64,000 bases of DNA from a virus (Duplodnaviria > Caudoviricetes), in IMG/VR virus record IMGVR_UViG_3300031857_023573, positions 32,001 to 96,000 of that record; one strand, written 5' to 3'. A program made the translations under genes and the position numbers. Position 1 is the stretch's first letter. Every line of letters starts with the position of its first letter. Below the pieces are notes generated by a model. That model saw only the letters and a list, made by a program, of their open reading frames with translations, was not told where the DNA came from and ran no database searches. Positions 58,095 through 64,000 of the stretch are shown here, one piece after another.

Positions 58095-58124
58095 AAAAAG
58101 AGAGTCATTTGACTCTCTTTTTTT
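58095..58124 (+). terminator. Intrinsic terminator (bidirectional shape)
   Basis: AAAAAGAGAGTCA-TT-TGACTCTCTTTTT. Confidence 0.9.
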
Positions 58125-58136
58125 ATATATACTCTT

Positions 58137-59510
58137 ATGAGACTTAAAAAGTATCTAGAATTTATCAAAGAATCTGTAAAAAACGATTCAATGTACTGGA
58201 TTAGTGAAGATGAAATTAAAGATATTTTCAAATTCATTACTGATGAAGGTTATCCACTCAGTATCACAAAAGTGCTTTTTGGCCATTCTGGATATTCTGA
58301 GCACGGTAACAATCACATTAGAAATTCAAAAGAATTAGTCTTGTTTGATATAAACCAAGATGATGTTGTACTAAGAGGTGAAGAGTATATGCCTGGATAT
58401 AGAATATCAATCATTATAAGTCAGTCTAAAGGTGACAATGTAACAGATGAATTTCGAAGTGCTATTTCTCAATTAAAAGGCGAAGGGTATGTAGTTGATA
58501 CAGTTGAAGATGAAGATGGTAAGACTAATTTGGAAAATATACACCTTTTAGATGGTTCTATTGTGACTTGGATACCAGAAACTCCTAACAAACCATTTAC
58601 TACCGATCCAGATGAGATGTCAGATGGTGATGTTTATATCAGTTCTTCTGAACTTGTCATTTTAGTTCATCAACCAGAAGAGGTTAAATTTACCGAGAAA
58701 ATGTTGGCTGAAATCTATGACTGGAAATGTGATAGAATAGAAGGCGACAAAATCTACTGTCATGTTGATATAGAAGATATGGCAAGATCTGTTCTTTCAA
58801 GAAGAGATTATGAAAGATGGGGTAAAATGCTAGAAGAAGGAATCGATATTGACAACTACTATGGAGAAGGCTACTATCCAGACATAAGTAGTGTTTTTCA
58901 ATATACACTAAACAAAGAAGCAACTACTCTATTAGTAAAAGTAATTATTAAAGAGTTAGGCGGCCTTGAATCAGCTCTCACTGAACTTGAAGGTGAAGAG
59001 ATCTATGAAAGTCTTTCTGGAAAGTCCGAAGACGAGGTTATTGATATTCTTTTAAAAGAAAGATTTAAAAGAAGTTTAGAAAAACTATCACAAGATTCTG
59101 AAATAATGTCAACAGTTAGAGAAACTATTGCAGATTGGGAAAGACAAGCACATTGTGACGCAAATTGGGATGAATTGATATCTGAATTTGATGAAATTGT
59201 ATCAGATGTCACTGAATATACTAAACTTGAAAAAGAAGTTGATAAGTACTACATGAAGAAAGACACTCGTGAAAAAGTTTGGTATAAATCAGTAGTGACT
59301 CATTATGAGATACCATTTCAAGATAAATGGATTGAAGAGTATGGAAAGTCACTTAGAGGATATTCACTTGATGCACTATTTCAAGAATGGTGTTCTGATG
59401 AATATTTAGATTACAAATTGGAACCAAGATTTAATGACTGGGGTGACGTTGATTCTGATGCCCTAAATAAAGAGATTATATCAATATTAAACTACAATTT
59501 AAAGTCCTAA
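58137..59510 (+). CDS. Acidic hypothetical protein with leader MRLKKYLEFIKES
   Basis: 457 aa; TTATATATA 5 nt upstream of ATG. Confidence 0.75.
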   Translation: MRLKKYLEFIKESVKNDSMYWISEDEIKDIFKFITDEGYPLSITKVLFGHSGYSEHGNNHIRNSKELVLFDINQDDVVLRGEEYMPGYRISIIISQSKGDNVTDEFRSAISQLKGEGYVVDTVEDEDGKTNLENIHLLDGSIVTWIPETPNKPFTTDPDEMSDGDVYISSSELVILVHQPEEVKFTEKMLAEIYDWKCDRIEGDKIYCHVDIEDMARSVLSRRDYERWGKMLEEGIDIDNYYGEGYYPDISSVFQYTLNKEATTLLVKVIIKELGGLESALTELEGEEIYESLSGKSEDEVIDILLKERFKRSLEKLSQDSEIMSTVRETIADWERQAHCDANWDELISEFDEIVSDVTEYTKLEKEVDKYYMKKDTREKVWYKSVVTHYEIPFQDKWIEEYGKSLRGYSLDALFQEWCSDEYLDYKLEPRFNDWGDVDSDALNKEIISILNYNLKS

Positions 59511-59687
59511 AGTTGACTTAGCTGCAAGATATTGCTTTTCAGAAAGAACTTTAAACTCTTTACCATCTAACATTTCCTTTTTACAGTATTTAGAAGATAA
59601 CGCTTTCTTCAAAGAAGATATAAAGGTGTTTGTACCTTCATATTTTTTTATTAACTTATTTAGTTGGATTTTCTCTTCGATTGTCAT
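59499..59687 (-). CDS. Small hypothetical protein
   Basis: 62 aa; TATATTTG at 59692-59699, 4 nt upstream of ATG. Confidence 0.6.
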   Translation of the reverse strand: MTIEEKIQLNKLIKKYEGTNTFISSLKKALSSKYCKKEMLDGKEFKVLSEKQYLAAKSTLGL

Positions 59688-59720
59688 GTCTCAAATATAC
59701 AAAATTTTTATATATAAATC

Positions 59721-60224
59721 ATGTTAAATTTTAACGATTTTATAGAAGAATCTTATCTTGAATCAAATTTTGCACCAATATATCATTTTACAAATAATTA
59801 CTACCTTCTTACAATTTTAAGAGAAAATGTTTTAAAAGTTGGTTGGTTTGATAATCCTTTCTTTGGTAAGAATGTTAAAATTGTTTCATTTACTCGAAAT
59901 AATAAACTGAATGTAGGTAATTATAAAACTGATTTAAATGTGATACTATGTGTTGATAAAAATAAAATGTTATTAGATGGGTATAAATTATATCCATATG
60001 ATTACTTCATTCAAAGTGGCAAAGAGATCCATACAAAATCTAATATTTTAAGATCTAAACCTTTTGAATTTGAAGAGGCTTCAAATGTTGATATTATCAA
60101 CATAGATAAGTATATTATATATGTTGATTTTCTAGAAGACTCTCTATTTGACTCATCAACATCTATCAACATTTTAAAGAAAAAAAATATACCAATTTAT
60201 GAAGCCGGTAGAAGATTATTTTGA
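59721..60224 (+). CDS. Putative ADP-ribosyltransferase-fold protein with leader MLNFNDFIEES
   Basis: IYHFT ... VSFTRN ... FEFEE spaced like the H/R - S-x-T - ExE signature of ART folds; TATATA motif 4 nt upstream. Confidence 0.45.
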   Translation: MLNFNDFIEESYLESNFAPIYHFTNNYYLLTILRENVLKVGWFDNPFFGKNVKIVSFTRNNKLNVGNYKTDLNVILCVDKNKMLLDGYKLYPYDYFIQSGKEIHTKSNILRSKPFEFEEASNVDIINIDKYIIYVDFLEDSLFDSSTSINILKKKNIPIYEAGRRLF

Positions 60225-60402
60225 GTATTTAAAAATAGAATTATCAAAGTATGATTCTCCTTTTTTTAAAGTTGTTCTTGAAAAGATAGAAAATTGGAAA
60301 GATTATGAAAATCTAAGTGGAGTCAATAAAATGTTGTTTTTTCTACTAGATGTAGAAAATGTTAAGATAGCAACTTTTACAGAGTGGCAAAGAATAGATT
60401 AA
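60199..60402 (+). CDS. Small hypothetical protein
   Basis: 67 aa overlapping the upstream stop. Confidence 0.5.
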   Translation: MKPVEDYFEYLKIELSKYDSPFFKVVLEKIENWKDYENLSGVNKMLFFLLDVENVKIATFTEWQRID

Positions 60403-60965
60403 CTTATATTCAAATAATCTTTCATTTGTCCGATCATATACTGGGTAATTAGATCAGAAGCATTTATTGAATTTAAATACTTAACATCTACTTTCACTGA
60501 TTGAGATTTCTTCTCTGTTTCTGAACCATCTCCAGTTGGCATAATCTCGTGATAATCTCTTTCCATTAATTGAATAATACAAGGATGATATTTAGAAGAA
60601 TTACCCTTTGAAACATAAAGTGGTTTCATAAATTCTACCTTATAATCTGGACTTATTACAAGACCAGCCTCTTCTTCAATTTCTCTGAGTATTGCCCTTT
60701 CAGGTGATTCACCAGCTTCAATACCACCACTTAAAACTGTAACGTGATATTCTTGACCATCTCTATATTTGAAAGTAGGAATATACTCATGTCTAAGAAT
60801 TATTTGATTTGTTTCAGCCAAATAAGGTATACAAATAACAAAATCTGATTCTTTTATTATAGACCATCCTTCATAGTCTAAAAGTTTCATATAATCATTT
60901 TCAAAAAGAACTTTTTCTTTTTGTTCGTAGTCAGATTTGGGTTTGAGTTTTGAGAATTGTTGCAT
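60399..60965 (-). CDS. Nudix hydrolase (ADP-ribose pyrophosphatase-like)
   Basis: GGIEAGESPERAILREIEEEAGL Nudix box; IILRHEYIP; AATATATA at 60970-60977. Confidence 0.88.
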   Translation of the reverse strand: MQQFSKLKPKSDYEQKEKVLFENDYMKLLDYEGWSIIKESDFVICIPYLAETNQIILRHEYIPTFKYRDGQEYHVTVLSGGIEAGESPERAILREIEEEAGLVISPDYKVEFMKPLYVSKGNSSKYHPCIIQLMERDYHEIMPTGDGSETEKKSQSVKVDVKYLNSINASDLITQYMIGQMKDYLNIS

Positions 60966-60975
60966 AAATTATATA

Positions 60976-61377
60976 TTATAAACCAGAGTTTATTTTTTCC
61001 CACTTTAAATCAGAATTTAACTTAAAAGTGCCTAGGTATTCCATTTTCCACTCGCTGGGTCCAATTAGTGAAATGAATTTCTTACCATCATTCAGATACA
61101 AATGATATATTTCTCCAACAACTGGTTCAAATCTTAAATCTGATTCATAGATAATTTTATTCCACTCAAATTCTTCAATAAGATTATCCCATTCACGTTT
61201 TAATTTTTCAAAACGGTCTTTAAACTCATGATTGACTTTAGATACTCCTCTATTTACAAATGAACTGGTATTCTCAGGTTTTATAGCAGCAGATCCAACA
61301 TGATGTGGATATGGTAAGAGTCCTGGATTAGTAGCGGCTTTATCTCTTAGTCGTTCTAATTCTTTATCAGTGAGCAT
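60976..61377 (-). CDS. DUF2452 family protein
   Basis: LPYPHHVGSAAIKP...FEPVVGEIYHLY...SLIGPSEW...F.LNSD.KW. Confidence 0.7.
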   Translation of the reverse strand: MLTDKELERLRDKAATNPGLLPYPHHVGSAAIKPENTSSFVNRGVSKVNHEFKDRFEKLKREWDNLIEEFEWNKIIYESDLRFEPVVGEIYHLYLNDGKKFISLIGPSEWKMEYLGTFKLNSDLKWEKINSGL

Positions 61378-61549
61378 TTAGTTTTTCGTTTATTAATTCT
61401 TCAATATATGATTTTATTGATTTTTTATTCTTAATTTCTAACTTCAATCTATCGATCAATTCACGATTCAGCTGAACATTTATATTCTCTTTGTTGTATT
61501 TATCACCGTAATTTCGCTTTGACTTTTTAATATTTTCCTCGACACTCAT
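61367..61549 (-). CDS. Ribbon-helix-helix-like small DNA-binding protein
   Basis: NINVQLNRELIDRLK...SIKSYIEELINEKL: beta-strand plus two helices. Confidence 0.5.
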   Translation of the reverse strand: MSVEENIKKSKRNYGDKYNKENINVQLNRELIDRLKLEIKNKKSIKSYIEELINEKLNAH

Positions 61550-61606
61550 ATAGGGAAGTTAATTTTATTTATATATATCTTATAAATAAAAAAACATTGA
61601 TGGTTT

Positions 61607-62680
61607 ATGATGTCCTGTAAAATAACATATATTTATGGTCTATTTGAAATTGGTACTGAAGAGGAGATACGATATGTTGGTAAAACTGACAATCCATCTA
61701 AAAGACTTAGAGACCACAGAAATGATAAGAATTCAACAAGTCACAAATCTTGTTGGATCAAAAGTGTTTTCAATAAAGGAGGTGATATTGGATTAAAAGT
61801 TTTTAAAGTAGTCAACCATGATAATTGGAAGGATGAAGAAATTAAATTTATAAAAGAAATGTCGACTAAATTCAAACTTGTAAATTTGACCGATGGTGGT
61901 GACGGTCGCATGGATAATATTTATAACAGAACCTTTGCTGAGTGTAAACTGTGGTTAGAATCTAATAAACCCGAGTGGATAGTAGGAATGAAAGAATACA
62001 AAAAATGGTCAAAAATGAATGATTTTCCAGACTTTTTACCGAAGGCACCGAATCGTGTTTTTACTGACTGGACCACTTGGGGCGATTATTTGGGAACAGG
62101 AAGTATTCATACGATGAAGAGAAAAGATATTTATCTAAGTTATGAGGAAGCGAAAAAATACTTGAAAGAAAACTTCGATTTAAAAAGTTCAGTTGACTTT
62201 AAAAAAGAAAAAATTCCAGTATTTATTCCCAAAAAGCCCTATAATGTTTATACTTGTTGGAAAGGATGGCATGAATTTTTAGATTATGTTCCCTTTAAAA
62301 GAATAAATGCTGAATATCTTGACTATGATTCTGCCAAGTTATGGATAAGTGAAAATTTTGGTCCTATAACATCAAAAAATTATAGAGAAAAATCCAAAAA
62401 TAATGAGATATCAATTTTTTTACCGAGAAAACCGGAGAGAGTCTATGAAAATTTCAAATGGGGTGAATTTCTATCTACTAACGGCAGGAAAAAGAATAAA
62501 AGTTTCTATTTGAGTTACAATGAATCTGTGAGTATTGTTCATACTTTGAATATAAAAACCAATGCAGAATGGCGAAAATGGTGTAAAAACAAACCAAAAG
62601 AATTTGTTAGAATACCATCTTCGCCAAGTACTGTTTATAAAGGAGAGTGGAAAAACTGGTTCGAATGGTTAGGAAATTGA
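61607..62680 (+). CDS. GIY-YIG endonuclease with tandem phage-integrase-repeat-like units (homing endonuclease-like)
   Basis: TYIYGL...RYVGKTDNPSKRLRDH; 4-5 repeats of (S/T)(Y/F).EAK......P..P..VY..W..W..(F/Y)LG. Confidence 0.75.
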   Translation: MMSCKITYIYGLFEIGTEEEIRYVGKTDNPSKRLRDHRNDKNSTSHKSCWIKSVFNKGGDIGLKVFKVVNHDNWKDEEIKFIKEMSTKFKLVNLTDGGDGRMDNIYNRTFAECKLWLESNKPEWIVGMKEYKKWSKMNDFPDFLPKAPNRVFTDWTTWGDYLGTGSIHTMKRKDIYLSYEEAKKYLKENFDLKSSVDFKKEKIPVFIPKKPYNVYTCWKGWHEFLDYVPFKRINAEYLDYDSAKLWISENFGPITSKNYREKSKNNEISIFLPRKPERVYENFKWGEFLSTNGRKKNKSFYLSYNESVSIVHTLNIKTNAEWRKWCKNKPKEFVRIPSSPSTVYKGEWKNWFEWLGN

Positions 62681-63403
62681 ACCTTTAGATAGAACTTCTT
62701 TATTATAATATTGTTCGAATCCATCCAATTGTTTTTCTACACTATCATTTTTATCTAAACCAATAATCTCATCTATTAAACCAAAGTCGAGAGCTTCTTT
62801 TGAATTAAACCACCTGTCTCTTCTTGATGACTCTAACATATCTTCAAAAGTTTTTCCACAATTTTTAGCAAGTAATTTAAAGAGTATATAGTTATACTTG
62901 TGTGACTCAAGATGTGATATAGTAGAGTCTTGTATATTTCCACCATATTGTGATGATACCATATGAGTCATAACTTTTGAATAAATCAATGATGAACGCT
63001 TTCCTTTAGTCCCAGAGCTTAATAGCACCGATCCCATACTAGCACACATTCCGATATTAACAGTTGCAACATCACAAGAGATATAGTTCATTAAGTCAAC
63101 TATACCGAGTCCACATAGAACTGAACCACCAGGTGAATTAATGTAAAGAGTAATATCTTTCTTTTCAACAGAATCTAGAAAAAGTAACTGTGCTTGAACA
63201 ATATCTGACATGTGTTGATCAACTGGACCAGAAACCCACAAAATACGGTCTCTCATCAAGCGACTAAAGATATCTATTTGCGTGGCGCGCATTTCACGCT
63301 CCTCCAAGATATAAGGAGTCAATCCATTTTCATATTGATCAAGTGCAGTAGAAGATACACCCTCACTTTTTGCAAATTTTCTAAATTCTTTTCCTAAGTT
63401 CAT
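62669..63403 (-). CDS. clpP: ATP-dependent Clp protease proteolytic subunit
   Basis: DIFSRLMRDRI, LYINSPGGSV, CASMGS (Ser), VMTH (His), RDRWF (Asp); N-terminal LTPYILEER extension of Bacteroidota-type ClpP. Confidence 0.95.
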   Translation of the reverse strand: MNLGKEFRKFAKSEGVSSTALDQYENGLTPYILEEREMRATQIDIFSRLMRDRILWVSGPVDQHMSDIVQAQLLFLDSVEKKDITLYINSPGGSVLCGLGIVDLMNYISCDVATVNIGMCASMGSVLLSSGTKGKRSSLIYSKVMTHMVSSQYGGNIQDSTISHLESHKYNYILFKLLAKNCGKTFEDMLESSRRDRWFNSKEALDFGLIDEIIGLDKNDSVEKQLDGFEQYYNKEVLSKGSIS

Positions 63404-63463
63404 AAATATAAATTTTTTATTAAAAATTATAAGTACGAATTAGATGAAAGTTGAAGGAATAAA

Positions 63464-63913
63464 TTAAATAACATGAGAAAGATACTGACCTTCTTTTAAT
63501 TTAATTTTTTTACAGCCAATTTGATTCTCAAGTTCCTCAATCCAATTTTTCCAATTATCATTTAATAGTTTAATAAATGATTCTGAACTATTTCTATCTT
63601 TGTATCGTTGAATATACTCGTCTTTTATTAAGATATCTGGATAAACGAGTGTGAAATCTATTTTATTATTAACAAGAGCCTCTCTAACTTCTTTATGTGA
63701 TGAAACCATAATAACATCTACCTTACCGATATTACTTTTGATATGTTCAATGTAATTTCTTGGGAAATCAGATTTATCAAATTTACTTGAATCAGAATCT
63801 AAAACAATTTTATCACTATTTGTTCTGAAAAAGTGTGATTTTCCACATCCTGGGAAAGCAGATATAACTAGAGTATCTTTTGTATTATAATCTGTATAGT
63901 TTTTTAATTTCAT
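63464..63913 (-). CDS. P-loop NTPase / nucleotide kinase-like protein
   Basis: VISAFPGCGKS Walker A, D.DSS.F; TATAAATA 5 nt upstream (63919-63926). Confidence 0.7.
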   Translation of the reverse strand: MKLKNYTDYNTKDTLVISAFPGCGKSHFFRTNSDKIVLDSDSSKFDKSDFPRNYIEHIKSNIGKVDVIMVSSHKEVREALVNNKIDFTLVYPDILIKDEYIQRYKDRNSSESFIKLLNDNWKNWIEELENQIGCKKIKLKEGQYLSHVI

Positions 63914-63914
63914 A

Positions 63915-64000
63915 TTAGTATTTATAATTTTTAGTTGCCACCCTGCTTTTTATCTGACTTTTTGTATTATTGTTTTCAGTAGTTCCAACTTCTAACTTAC
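63915..64000 (-). CDS. 3' end of a gene starting beyond the window
   Basis: Open minus-strand frame ...KLEVGTTENNNTKSQIKSRVATKNYKY* ending 1 nt before the next ATG. Confidence 0.4.
   Translation of the reverse strand, partial: KLEVGTTENNNTKSQIKSRVATKNYKY

Noticed and set aside
990-63397. Short alternative-frame or antisense ORFs (e.g. 990-1214, 4933-5163, 5525-5737, 6496-6932, 9298-9678, 14054-14380, 17147-17350, 27313-27783, 33861-36039, 43010-43297, 46825-47219, 53135-53404, 63212-63397)
   Set aside because: Nested in or antisense to longer ORFs with coherent motifs; no start context or recognisable domains.
1-64000. Stop-codon reassignment, as seen in some large phages
   Set aside because: Long genes are intact under the standard code, TAA, TAG and TGA all end genes, and coding density is already high.
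1-64000. Eukaryotic giant virus (TATA-like motifs, ankyrin, collagen) or bacterial chromosome origin
   Set aside because: Bacterial-type greA, tilS, clpP, tRNA-fMet, rho-independent terminators and Sec/OMP signals point to a bacterial host. Tail and baseplate-like genes and the mostly hypothetical content point to a phage.

Overview
A strongly AT-rich (about 30% GC by eye), densely coding 64 kb segment read in the standard bacterial code. It is most consistent with a T4-like jumbo phage of a Bacteroidota (Flavobacteria-like) host. Host evidence: Bacteroidota-type ClpP N-terminus, signal peptides ending in Ala-Gln, an outer-membrane beta-barrel, TAnnTTTG-like promoters, and no obvious Shine-Dalgarno sites. 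The window holds (i) a long minus-strand block of tail-fibre and other virion structural genes (26.6-51.6 kb: Cys-rich beta-helix, delta-60 propeller, LamG, collagen and Trp-Gly repeat proteins), plus smaller structural genes near 1.4 and 4.5-7.6 kb; (ii) host-like expression and proteostasis genes (greA, short tilS, FKBP-type PPIase, clpP, initiator-type tRNA-Met); (iii) nucleic-acid and nucleotide enzymes (DNA MTase, RuvC-like resolvase, MazG, Nudix, HAD, SLOG, phoH split by a class-3 intein, two GIY-YIG proteins). The most unusual signals are: about 20 otherwise unrelated proteins sharing an N-terminal leader that resembles the T4 capsid-targeting sequence (MKTYQEFIAE), usually behind an AATATATA motif often placed 4-5 nt before the start codon, suggesting a large packaged-and-injected cargo set (Dps-like, zincin, ankyrin and ART-like proteins); a tRNA-fMet gene with a 23-nt insert in the anticodon loop; and a gene (57139-58068) whose predicted mRNA has a three-way-junction leader and an 11-bp helix joining its 5' and 3' ends. 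Family assignments are from motif recognition only; no database searches were run.
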